From an uncultured bacterium (GTDB taxonomy: Bacteria; Electryoneota; RPQS01; CBDVBD01): a stretch of 52,504 nt of DNA. The DNA lies in contig CBDVBD010000002.1 of assembly GCA_965372135.1 (NCBI GenBank), positions 1 through 52,504 of the forward strand, read 5' to 3'. The notes beneath the pieces were generated by a model. The model was not told where the DNA came from. It saw only the letters and a program-made list of their open reading frames with translations, and made no database searches. Shown one piece after another: positions 38,564 through 47,706 of this stretch. Positions within the stretch are counted from its first letter, which is position 1. Each line of letters starts with the position of its first letter. Position numbers and translations under genes: made by a program.

Positions 38564-40675
38564 CTATTTTTTCACCCGATACAAGCCCCAAGATTCTGTA
38601 TCTCCTTCCAATCGTTCGAATAGTTCCCGTCTTTCTTCCATCCATGACAACTCTAACGATCCGGGCTTGAAACTCATCACATGTGTAATTCCTTTCTCAA
38701 TCAAGTGGGATGACCATGAATCAAAGTTGCCGCTGAGTTCTCTTTCGCCATCCTGCCCAAAATCAATAATATTTTCGTCTTCCGTAACCGGAATATAAAA
38801 AATCTGATTTTGAAGCTTTCTGCCCAGAAAGAAATACATAAACCAATAATCAGCATTCTGATGAGGACCTGACGTAATCGCGATTTTCCAGCTAATGTCC
38901 AATGTATCAATAAGTTGCACAGCGGGATACCAGTATTTCGGTACAAAATGCATTACCGTGCTTTGTAGAGTAGCAGTATCCCGTGTATTTTCCCTATAGG
39001 CATCCAAAGGTGGCAGTAATAACAGAGGCACCAGAATCGTTGAACCCAAAAGTACTGATCTGCTTGAATATCGTGAAGCGAAAAATTTGATGATCGCAAC
39101 CAAAATAGCAACAATCAATATCTCCACCCCAACCGCAATAATTTCAAATGAATCCCAGAGAAAAAAGAAGGTTTTTCCAAAATGAAATAGAATTCCCAAT
39201 ATCAGTATAAGAGCATAGAAATTCGATGCTCGCCTTCGGGACTTGAACCACGAAAAACTCATGACAACCACTGGACAAACCATCGGGAGTAGAAAACGTC
39301 CGGTCACCCATGCCCATAGTATTCGAACCACAGAGAAACCCGGATAATAAATTGTTGTCAGCACTGCACCGATATACCCGATCATCAGAATAGCAATCAC
39401 TTTTCTTCGCCGAATCAATCGCAACAAGGTAACAATAAAAACGAGCATTGGTAACACCGTGATTACGCTCAGCTGAGAAGTTACACTTTTCGGATTACCT
39501 AACATGTGCGTGATGGCTTCTATTTCAGCATGTAGATTATAACTCGGTAACTCCGGACGATCTTGATACCACTCAATGGTTCTAGTTGCCTCGCCCAGTT
39601 TTATGCCCGCTATCTCTAACGGCACTGCTCCAAGAGGGTAACCTGTTCGATGTATGTTTCGCAATAACCACGGAGCCAACACCACTGATAATGCTATGGT
39701 GCTGATAACCATCCATTTCAGCAAAACCACACGTTTGGATTTGCTGAATACAATAACCAGAAAAGGTACCAACCACACAATAGCCACAATAGGCAGAGCA
39801 GTAATCTTTGTTCCCCCAGCTACACCAAACGCCATCAAACTTAACAACAGGAATCGACCGTTTCGCTGTCGAAGAAAACGTACCGCAAAAAACAATCCCA
39901 ACATCAATGCCAAATTCAAACCGGGTTCAACATATCCACTTCCGATTGAAAACCATAAGCATGGAATAAACAACACATAGGCAGCCGCGATCCATCTAAA
40001 TCTTACGTGTACACCGAATTCACGACCAAAAGCATATAATACAAATCCCAACAATAACCATTGTACCGCTTCAACAACACCACCGAGAAGATCGCTGTGA
40101 AACGGCAGCATTGCCCAAGCGGTGAATATTTCTCCTCCTCCGAAAAAATTGCGATAATGACCCCATCCACCTGGAGCTATCATTGTTGTCGGTCCCCCGT
40201 TTTGCACCCACATCCCCGCCTTAACACCATGATAAGTCAACGTATCCCATCCCAACAGTGGAAGTATAGTTGTGTGAAGGCATGTTAAAACGACGAAAAC
40301 TATACAAATGTAATAAAACCAACGGAAAGGGCTTTTTCGATCCAATCTGAGGGTGTGTTTAAGCCAAACAAAATCCTCTAATATGAATTCTAAAAATGTT
40401 CCAAATGGTGTCCCTAAAACCCTGATTACCAGCACCGCGACTCCCATCATGACCAGCGCTGCTGTTAAATTAAATTGACCCAATGAGATCAGAAAGTTGA
40501 AAACAGTTGATGCCAGCCATAATCCTATCACAATCGTTGCACACCAACGTATAAGAACTGTGATTCTTCCTAAAACATATTGTGACAACACATACGAAAC
40601 ATAGAGTGTTCCGAAAACCAGAAATTCTGCACTGAGTACTCGTAGTATCAATATTAATAACTTTTGGTAATCCAT
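38564..40675 (-). CDS. Large polytopic membrane protein (about 14 TM) with C-terminal soluble domain, possibly a GT-C-fold glycosyltransferase
   Basis: 703 aa. The first roughly 560 aa are dominated by hydrophobic helices, reminiscent of the ArnT/PMT-like architecture. I recognised no catalytic motif with certainty. Confidence 0.4.
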   Translation of the reverse strand: MDYQKLLILILRVLSAEFLVFGTLYVSYVLSQYVLGRITVLIRWCATIVIGLWLASTVFNFLISLGQFNLTAALVMMGVAVLVIRVLGTPFGTFLEFILEDFVWLKHTLRLDRKSPFRWFYYICIVFVVLTCLHTTILPLLGWDTLTYHGVKAGMWVQNGGPTTMIAPGGWGHYRNFFGGGEIFTAWAMLPFHSDLLGGVVEAVQWLLLGFVLYAFGREFGVHVRFRWIAAAYVLFIPCLWFSIGSGYVEPGLNLALMLGLFFAVRFLRQRNGRFLLLSLMAFGVAGGTKITALPIVAIVWLVPFLVIVFSKSKRVVLLKWMVISTIALSVVLAPWLLRNIHRTGYPLGAVPLEIAGIKLGEATRTIEWYQDRPELPSYNLHAEIEAITHMLGNPKSVTSQLSVITVLPMLVFIVTLLRLIRRRKVIAILMIGYIGAVLTTIYYPGFSVVRILWAWVTGRFLLPMVCPVVVMSFSWFKSRRRASNFYALILILGILFHFGKTFFFLWDSFEIIAVGVEILIVAILVAIIKFFASRYSSRSVLLGSTILVPLLLLPPLDAYRENTRDTATLQSTVMHFVPKYWYPAVQLIDTLDISWKIAITSGPHQNADYWFMYFFLGRKLQNQIFYIPVTEDENIIDFGQDGERELSGNFDSWSSHLIEKGITHVMSFKPGSLELSWMEERRELFERLEGDTESWGLYRVKK

Positions 40676-40737
40676 TCCTCTAATCCCTGGTTGATTATTT
40701 TAAATGGTTCAGCTCCAGAATCAACTTCAGCGGCCTA

Positions 40738-40827
40738 CTATACATCTTCCACCATTATTAATCTCACGAACTCCGTGAGTACTTTCTCCCAGGGAATCGA
40801 ATCAAAATCAATCTTGTGTTGTGACAT
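40738..40827 (-). pseudogene. Truncated paralog of the cupin gene (N-terminal fragment only)
   Basis: It encodes MSQHKIDFDSIPWEKVLTEF..., compared with MTPYKVDFDSIPWEMP in the intact cupin. A 27 bp stretch is identical (40785-40811 = 38376-38402). Confidence 0.6.
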
Positions 40828-40855
40828 AGCGATTGCTCCAATGCAACGTGATCGT

Positions 40856-41446
40856 TTAGGGTGAATTGCCCGGCAGTATCCCATATTTGAAAAGATCAAA
40901 CCATGCATGTGTGTCGGTCTCGCTGTAAAGATTTAATAATGTGATGATTTCACGGGCAAATTCTACATATCCCACTCCGCTGGCGGTGATAATATTCTGA
41001 TCACTAACCGCCAGTGAATCAACATAGTATTCCTCATCCTGATACTCTGGCACCAATGTAAGCAAATATTCCTTGCCGTTGCTGGTATGCCGCACCCCAT
41101 GCACCATTCCCATCCGCACCAATGCTAATGTGGCACCGCAAATCGCCGCAATCGGCACCCGCGCATTCCACATCCGCATCAACACATCCTTCAATTCTTT
41201 ACTGTCTTTCCCCTTTTCCCACATCTCACCACCTGGCAGAATGAACACACACGCTTTCCCCGGCACCGTATCACTCAAAGTTATATCCGGTACAACCTTC
41301 AATCCCCCCATGGATATAACCGATTCCTCAGAGAACCCGACTGTCACCACATCAATGTCGTCCCGTTTGTTGAGTTCACTCAGCGCCAACGCTGGTTCCC
41401 AATCCGCCAGTCCGTCAAACACTAAGATGTATGCCGTTTTGTTCAC
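40856..41446 (-). CDS. DJ-1/PfpI family protein (type 1 glutamine amidotransferase-like fold)
   Basis: The nucleophile-elbow context PIAAICGATLAL is present. Size and layout are typical of the family. Confidence 0.75.
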   Translation of the reverse strand: MNKTAYILVFDGLADWEPALALSELNKRDDIDVVTVGFSEESVISMGGLKVVPDITLSDTVPGKACVFILPGGEMWEKGKDSKELKDVLMRMWNARVPIAAICGATLALVRMGMVHGVRHTSNGKEYLLTLVPEYQDEEYYVDSLAVSDQNIITASGVGYVEFAREIITLLNLYSETDTHAWFDLFKYGILPGNSP

Positions 41447-41474
41447 GTCACCCTCGGAAGTTAATTATTTTTTA

Positions 41475-43601
41475 CTACTTTCTGATCTCAAACACATCCA
41501 GCACAAACGCAAATTCCACCGCAATCTCCCGCAGGAAATCATACCGTCCCGACGAACCCCCGTGTCCCGCCCCCATATTGGTTTTTAGCAGCAGCAGGTT
41601 GTTGTCTGTCTTATGCGCTCGCAATTTCGCCGTCCATTTCGCCGGCTCCCAGTACTGTACCCGGGTGTCGTTCAATCCCGCCAATACCAGCATATACGGG
41701 TAATCCTGCGCACTCACATTGTCATAGGGCGAATAAGACATCATATATTCAAAATACTCTTGCACATTTGGATTCCCCCATTCATCGTATTCGATCACCG
41801 TCAACGGAATACTGGGATCCAGCATGGTGTTCATCAAATCCACAAATGGCACATCCGCAATTGCCACATGAAACAGTTCCGGTTGCATATTCACCACCGC
41901 CCCGATCAATAATCCCCCTCCGCTGCCACCGTAAATCACCAACTTATCTTTAGAGGTATATCCTTCCTTTATCACATATTCCGCACAATCGATAAAATCG
42001 TAAAACGTGTTCTTCTTGTTCAGCAGCTTCCCATCATCGTACCAATACCGTCCCATTTCACCCCCGCCCCGAATATGAGCCCGGGCATAGATAAATCCCC
42101 GGTCCACCAAACTCAACCGGTTCGACGAGAAATACGGATCCATGCTGGCTTCATACGCTCCATACCCGTACAAATAAAACAGATTGTCTTTGTCTTTTAT
42201 CTTGTCCTTTCGATACATCATCGAAATCGGCACCTTGACCCCATCCCTCGCCGTGGCGAAAATCCGCTTCGATTGGTACAAATCCGGATCGTATCCCCCC
42301 AACACCTCCTTCTGCTTCTTCAATTCCCGTTTCTTGGTCATCATGTTGAAATCATACACCGATTCCGGCGTCACAAACGATTCATAATGGAACCGGAGCA
42401 GATGCCCGTCGTATTCCGGATTCCACGACCCGTACACACTGTACGTCGGCTCCGGAAATGATATCGGATACGCCTGATTAGTTCGGAAATTCTTGATCCA
42501 AATTTGCTTCAACCCGTTTTCCCGTTCGTATAACACCATAAAATCCCGGAACATCTCCACCCGGTTCAGTTTGACTTTTTCCCGGTGCTCGATCACTTCT
42601 CGCCAATATTTCCTGGACGGCTTATCCACCCTCGTCTTCATCAGCTTGAAATTCTTGGCGCCGTCATCGTTGGTAACGATATAAAAATGCTTGCCATGAT
42701 GCCGGACATGATACTCCACGTCTGCCCTGCGGGGTTCGATCACCTGAAATTCCCCAGTGGGATTGTCGGCGCTCAGGAAAAAAACTTCCGACGTGGTCTG
42801 ACTGCCCAAATTGATAAACAAATACTGCTTGCTTTTCGATTTCCCCACGCTTACCCAGAATGCCTCATCCGCTTCTTGGTATACTAAAACGTCCTTTGCC
42901 GGATCACCCCCCAACTTATGCCGGAACAACTTGTACGGTCGCCACGCCTCATCCGGTACATTGTAGAAGAATGTTTCGTTATCATTCGCCCATACCAATC
43001 CCCCCGCCAAATTCTCGATCACATCCGGATACATTTCCCCCGATTCCAAATTCTTAATCCAGAGCGTGTACCGCTCATTCCCCTCGTAATCCACCCCGTA
43101 CGCTAACAGCTTATGATCGGGGCTGACGCTGTAAAACCCCAATCCCATATATTCATGCCCTTCCGCCAGCACATTCCCATCCAGCAAGATTTCCTCTTCC
43201 CCGTCCGGACTGCCCATCTTCCGGCAGTTGATTTCGTATTGTTTCCCTTCTTCGGTGCGGGAATAGTAGTAATACTGGTCCCGTTTCACCGGCACCGTCA
43301 TATCGGTTTCCTTGATCCTGCCCACCATTTCCTGGTACAGTTCTTCCTGGAATTTCTCGGTATGAGAAAGCACCGCCTCGGTGTAGGCGTTTTCCGCCTC
43401 AAGGTATTGAATCACTTCCGGATTTTCCTTGTCACGCAGCCACCCATAGTCATCCGTCAACACCTGCCCGAACAACGTATCGGTCTTGGTTTCGATCTTC
43501 GCCACCGGCGGCACCGGTGCCACTTTCGGTCCACAAGATACTCCCATCAACCCAACCTCCAAAATCAACATTGCACCCAAAATCACTCGTACTAGTTTCA
43601 T
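41475..43601 (-). CDS. ptrB: Oligopeptidase B / prolyl oligopeptidase family S9A serine peptidase
   Basis: 708 aa with a signal/lipoprotein-like N-terminus, a beta-propeller region, and a catalytic domain carrying GGSGGGLLIGAV, a D (LAGLNDTRV) and a GHGG His. Confidence 0.85.
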   Translation of the reverse strand: MKLVRVILGAMLILEVGLMGVSCGPKVAPVPPVAKIETKTDTLFGQVLTDDYGWLRDKENPEVIQYLEAENAYTEAVLSHTEKFQEELYQEMVGRIKETDMTVPVKRDQYYYYSRTEEGKQYEINCRKMGSPDGEEEILLDGNVLAEGHEYMGLGFYSVSPDHKLLAYGVDYEGNERYTLWIKNLESGEMYPDVIENLAGGLVWANDNETFFYNVPDEAWRPYKLFRHKLGGDPAKDVLVYQEADEAFWVSVGKSKSKQYLFINLGSQTTSEVFFLSADNPTGEFQVIEPRRADVEYHVRHHGKHFYIVTNDDGAKNFKLMKTRVDKPSRKYWREVIEHREKVKLNRVEMFRDFMVLYERENGLKQIWIKNFRTNQAYPISFPEPTYSVYGSWNPEYDGHLLRFHYESFVTPESVYDFNMMTKKRELKKQKEVLGGYDPDLYQSKRIFATARDGVKVPISMMYRKDKIKDKDNLFYLYGYGAYEASMDPYFSSNRLSLVDRGFIYARAHIRGGGEMGRYWYDDGKLLNKKNTFYDFIDCAEYVIKEGYTSKDKLVIYGGSGGGLLIGAVVNMQPELFHVAIADVPFVDLMNTMLDPSIPLTVIEYDEWGNPNVQEYFEYMMSYSPYDNVSAQDYPYMLVLAGLNDTRVQYWEPAKWTAKLRAHKTDNNLLLLKTNMGAGHGGSSGRYDFLREIAVEFAFVLDVFEIRK

Positions 43602-43671
43602 GTTAATCCTTCCGTTATGTTGGTTCTCGCCCGTTTGTTCATGATAACTCGATTGACAGACAAGAATACAA

Positions 43672-45246
43672 CTATGTTTTTTTGTTATTTTTCGATTCTG
43701 CTGAAGAAATTAAGTAGTAAACTGTGTCCAACAGTAGAATAAGCTTAATAGAGTTTTCTTCAGTGTATATAGCATCATCATATTTTCCGTGTCCAACTAC
43801 ATGTCGATTGGGAAATGATCGATCTATTTCCTCATTCCATTTTTTGAATGATTTTAGAACTGGACCATCATATATAAAATCAATGGTTGATTCAACGATT
43901 TTATTATAGGTAAATGTTGAAGGTAATCCCTGAAGTGTTATGTCTTTGAATTTCTTTGCCTTTGATTCCAATCTCCACGGAACCTCTTTTTCATGCACTT
44001 TTGTGCTTATCCAATCAGTAATTATTCCCTCTAATTGAGGAATCAATGCATGTATACTCAAATGAAATTTCCTGTCCTTGTGAGCAGATAATGATTGTTC
44101 AATTAATTCTTTTCGATGATTGAATTCTCTCGATGTCCACCATTTATTGACCAAACCATCAATAAACTCAGCATTGCAGTATTCCTTTAATAAGTTAATT
44201 GCTCCGTTCATGTCATTGTTTTCTATCATCCTAGTTATTTCACTTTGCGGATATGGCAACAATGCTGGAATTACCCATAATCCAACACTACGCAGAAGAT
44301 CCTTAAATTTCTGGTATATCCCGATAACATTTTCTACGAGGATCTTGCGTAGAGAGTCTAATACTGCGCCTTCCAATAACCACTGATCTGCTTTTGATTT
44401 TGGAAATTCTTCCGGGTAGTTTGGGGTGAAATCAAATAATACTTCAAAAGTTTTTGGTTCACCTGTTGGATAAAGATAAACAAAGGCAACTCTTTTTCCA
44501 TTCACTTCTGGCGCCCATACTTTATCTATTGATATAATTTCATTTATATATAAGAGATCTCCTTTCTCCATTTTACGAGGTTTTGAAAGTTGTAATTTCA
44601 TTTTCCATCCGATTTCATCATTGAACTGAACAATTGGATCAGAATCTTTTGGCAGTTTTATTAAACACGCAGAAATAACAAAATTCTCAGGCAGTTGGTC
44701 ATTTTTTTTTCTTTTTTCCAATTCGGGTTTTATCCACATATCTTCTGCTTGCTGAAAAAATGAAATTGCGCTCTCTTTACTCAACGATTTCATTTCTTTA
44801 CTTAACGTCACCATTGTGTCTTTTTCTATTTTTTGTATTTCAGCTTTCCGAAACATAAACTTCAACCCCGACCACGTTGCATCGATCGCACAAATCTTTA
44901 CATCCACCAATCCCGCATCCAACCCCACCTGCTGCACCACATGTTGCGACAGATCCGTTGATACTTTCGATGCCTTTTTGGGCCACGCCACCCACAACAT
45001 TCCCTTCGGCGCCAATCGCGATGCCAGTCTACTAAACTGTTTCCGAAGATCCTTTTTGTTTACTACGAACAGCACCACGAAATCCAGATTCTTCGCTCTG
45101 GGTGACAGGAATTTAACCCCGGGAGGAATTTCCCCCATCCTGGTTTCGAATCCTTCAGGATGGTTGCAAAGAACCACCCGGAAGTTCTCCTTGATCCCCA
45201 TCTTCAGCACTAACGGCTTATCTAAATATACAACCATATCGAACAC
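43672..45246 (-). CDS. Chimeric protein: N-terminal DUF3052-like domain (about 135 aa) fused to a low-GC roughly 385 aa region of unknown function ending in an Rx4H (HEPN-like) motif
   Basis: The N-terminus (MGIKENFRVV...LWVAWPKKASKVSTDL...DATWSGLKFMFR) resembles standalone DUF3052 proteins. GC content drops sharply 3' of about 44815. The C-terminus contains IPQLEGIITDWI and FPNRHVVGHGKYDD. Confidence 0.5.
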   Translation of the reverse strand: MFDMVVYLDKPLVLKMGIKENFRVVLCNHPEGFETRMGEIPPGVKFLSPRAKNLDFVVLFVVNKKDLRKQFSRLASRLAPKGMLWVAWPKKASKVSTDLSQHVVQQVGLDAGLVDVKICAIDATWSGLKFMFRKAEIQKIEKDTMVTLSKEMKSLSKESAISFFQQAEDMWIKPELEKRKKNDQLPENFVISACLIKLPKDSDPIVQFNDEIGWKMKLQLSKPRKMEKGDLLYINEIISIDKVWAPEVNGKRVAFVYLYPTGEPKTFEVLFDFTPNYPEEFPKSKADQWLLEGAVLDSLRKILVENVIGIYQKFKDLLRSVGLWVIPALLPYPQSEITRMIENNDMNGAINLLKEYCNAEFIDGLVNKWWTSREFNHRKELIEQSLSAHKDRKFHLSIHALIPQLEGIITDWISTKVHEKEVPWRLESKAKKFKDITLQGLPSTFTYNKIVESTIDFIYDGPVLKSFKKWNEEIDRSFPNRHVVGHGKYDDAIYTEENSIKLILLLDTVYYLISSAESKNNKKT

Positions 45247-45286
45247 AATCCCATTTATATGGTCGGGTATCCTGGTTTTCTCAATT

Positions 45287-45327
45287 TTATCTCCCCCCCG
45301 GTTCCCGGGGGGGATTAAGGGGGGGGG
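45287..45327. repeat. C-run/G-run hairpin element, copy 2 of 3
   Basis: TTATCT-C7-GGTTCCC-G7-ATTAA-G9. The flanks are as in copy 1, but the loop core is the reverse complement (GGTTCCC versus GGGAACC). It lies 41 nt upstream of the ATG at 45246. Confidence 0.8.
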
Positions 45328-45431
45328 ACTTTCACACCTTTATACCTTCACATCCACCAATCCTTAGCGCCCTCTGCAGCTTGTCCCGATTCGTCGGGAA
45401 GCTTTGCGCGAGTGTTTCCCCATGCAAGCCA

Positions 45432-47684
45432 TCATCGCACCAATAACATTTTCCGGACTTCAGTAAAATCCCTCACGGATAATTGGTAAAAATAAATTCC
45501 GCTCGCTAATCTGCCACCGTCGAATAATAAATCATAAATGCCCGCTTCCCGATACCCATCCACCAATGTCCGGACTTTCCGTCCCTGCAAATCATACACC
45601 ATTAGCGAAACAATTCCCGCACTTGGAATCGTGTAGCATATCCTGGTGCTCGGATTGAACGGATTAGGGTAATTTTGCGCTAAATGAAATTCGTATGGTA
45701 ACGGGATGCCTGGATCTGAAACCCTGAACGGATGGTTCCGGAACCGCACATCCATACTATCCACCGCAGAGTTCTCGTATTCATCGAATACTTCCACAAA
45801 TATCCGGTACTCCCCATCCGGATAATCCTCTGTGGCAAACGCCAAATCCAACTCCGTGGTGTCGATCAACGAATCTCCATTATTGTTGGTCAATATGTGA
45901 TGGTAGCTTCGGGTTGAATCCATCCAATGCGACGGTTCCAGAATCTCATCGTGTTTGTATATCACGCTGGCAAAAGGTTCATAATGCCCAGCACTATAAA
46001 AGTCGTATCGGTGGTTCAATATCTGCCCCAAAGTCCCTGGGAACACTGTGACCCCACTGTCGATATCCTCAACCCAATAATAAGTACGAAATGCCGGCGT
46101 TTGCCACCCAGTTAATCCCACATAATCCACCACCTTGACAATAATATCGATATCCCCATACAAACTGTCAGCGTCAAGGTAGTCACTGGTTTCGTTGGTG
46201 CAAAATGCAAACTTGGAATCCCAAAACACCGTGTCAATCACCGGCGCAATCCAATCGCTGTCCGGTTCCAAGGCAAGTAAGGGATTGAAATTAATCCCCC
46301 ATTGGTTGTCTTCATACAGCCACACCAACCCCGAATCATGAATCTCCACAAAATGGATATGCCCCCAGTCTTCCGTCCACTCGACAATATCTCCAAGATA
46401 ATCATGCACTTCCACCGTATCCCCCACCTCCACCTGGATCGATTCTTCCACTAAATGCGCGTACAACCACCCATCAGACCAACCCGCCGATTGTTCAGGA
46501 CTCACCGCTGTTCGCCAATAACGCGATCCCCCAGTCGTCAACACCAACTTGACAATCCCTGCTTCCACCGCATACGTTGGCTCCTCAATCGGCACAATCA
46601 TATCCAACCCTTGATGCAGATAAGAAAAATCACCTGCCCCCATATGCTGCTCGTAATAATTCCACACCGTGTGCATACTGTCAAATGGCATAAAGGGCCA
46701 GGGAATCGGATCCTGTCTGTTATCAAATGGTGCCGACTGCTTTGATCGTACTGGCTGTGGAATTTCCTTCGTTGCCATTTCCCGATCCAATATCACCTTC
46801 CCCGACTGCGAATATACCCTAATAACCCCCTTGGAATATTCCCTATTCCGGTAATGAACGCCAGTCGCGATTTTCCCGTCATATAACATCAAATCCCGGA
46901 AAGATTGCTTTCCCCTAAGCTGATTTTCAATTAGCAAAGTTCCATCAATTAACGAAAACACCTTCAACCATGACTTATCGATCGCCGCCACCAAACCCAG
47001 TTCGGAAGAAACGCATACTTTCCGAGTATATTGATACCCGGTCTGAATTTCCTGAACAAACTTGTCATCCCGATATATCCGAATAACATTTTCACTCGCC
47101 ACCACCACCCACCGATCATCCTCGGAAATCGCAAATTGAAATCCTTTATCGTACTGAAAAACTTGATGATCCGGCACTGTTATTACATACAATCCATCCG
47201 GCGTACCCACACCAAACTTATTGCCTGATGGCGAAAATCCAAACCGGAAAGCCCCTACAAACGATTCGCTAAACAGTAGTTGCCCGGTTCTCTCATAGAA
47301 ATGAATTGTCAATTCCTGTGCGAAATGCTTAGAGTGATCGAAAAACACCACCACCCCCGAATTGGAAACCATCACATCAGAACCGGGCGCGATAGGAAGA
47401 GAAAACAATCGTTCCTCTGCAAACAACTGAAAATTAGTTAATTCTCGCACTTCATCCCCCACACCACCAATCTCGTAAGTACACCAATACCGCCCATTAT
47501 CAGACACCTTCCCACACCCAAGAACCGGGATCTCCGAAACAAATGTCCCATTGAACGACACCTCAGGGTATTCCTCAATGGGATTCACCTCACCTCCACA
47601 TAGCGCCTGTGCCAGGAAATAAACCAATAAAAGAATCCCTGTCACCACAAATCCTCTGTAAGCAGTAATCATTAGAGACTCCAA
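45432..47684 (-). CDS. Secreted M23-family metallopeptidase-like protein with N-terminal repeat (propeller-like) region and T9SS C-terminal sorting domain
   Basis: It has a signal peptide. M23 motifs are present: HQGLD (HxxxD), YAHL and GHIHF (HxH). The C-terminus QNYPNPFNPSTRICYTIP...VYDLQGRKV...SGIYFYQL is a canonical Por/T9SS type A sorting domain. Confidence 0.75.
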   Translation of the reverse strand: MESLMITAYRGFVVTGILLLVYFLAQALCGGEVNPIEEYPEVSFNGTFVSEIPVLGCGKVSDNGRYWCTYEIGGVGDEVRELTNFQLFAEERLFSLPIAPGSDVMVSNSGVVVFFDHSKHFAQELTIHFYERTGQLLFSESFVGAFRFGFSPSGNKFGVGTPDGLYVITVPDHQVFQYDKGFQFAISEDDRWVVVASENVIRIYRDDKFVQEIQTGYQYTRKVCVSSELGLVAAIDKSWLKVFSLIDGTLLIENQLRGKQSFRDLMLYDGKIATGVHYRNREYSKGVIRVYSQSGKVILDREMATKEIPQPVRSKQSAPFDNRQDPIPWPFMPFDSMHTVWNYYEQHMGAGDFSYLHQGLDMIVPIEEPTYAVEAGIVKLVLTTGGSRYWRTAVSPEQSAGWSDGWLYAHLVEESIQVEVGDTVEVHDYLGDIVEWTEDWGHIHFVEIHDSGLVWLYEDNQWGINFNPLLALEPDSDWIAPVIDTVFWDSKFAFCTNETSDYLDADSLYGDIDIIVKVVDYVGLTGWQTPAFRTYYWVEDIDSGVTVFPGTLGQILNHRYDFYSAGHYEPFASVIYKHDEILEPSHWMDSTRSYHHILTNNNGDSLIDTTELDLAFATEDYPDGEYRIFVEVFDEYENSAVDSMDVRFRNHPFRVSDPGIPLPYEFHLAQNYPNPFNPSTRICYTIPSAGIVSLMVYDLQGRKVRTLVDGYREAGIYDLLFDGGRLASGIYFYQLSVRDFTEVRKMLLVR

Positions 47685-47706
47685 ACAAATTGTGCGTTAC
47701 CATCCA

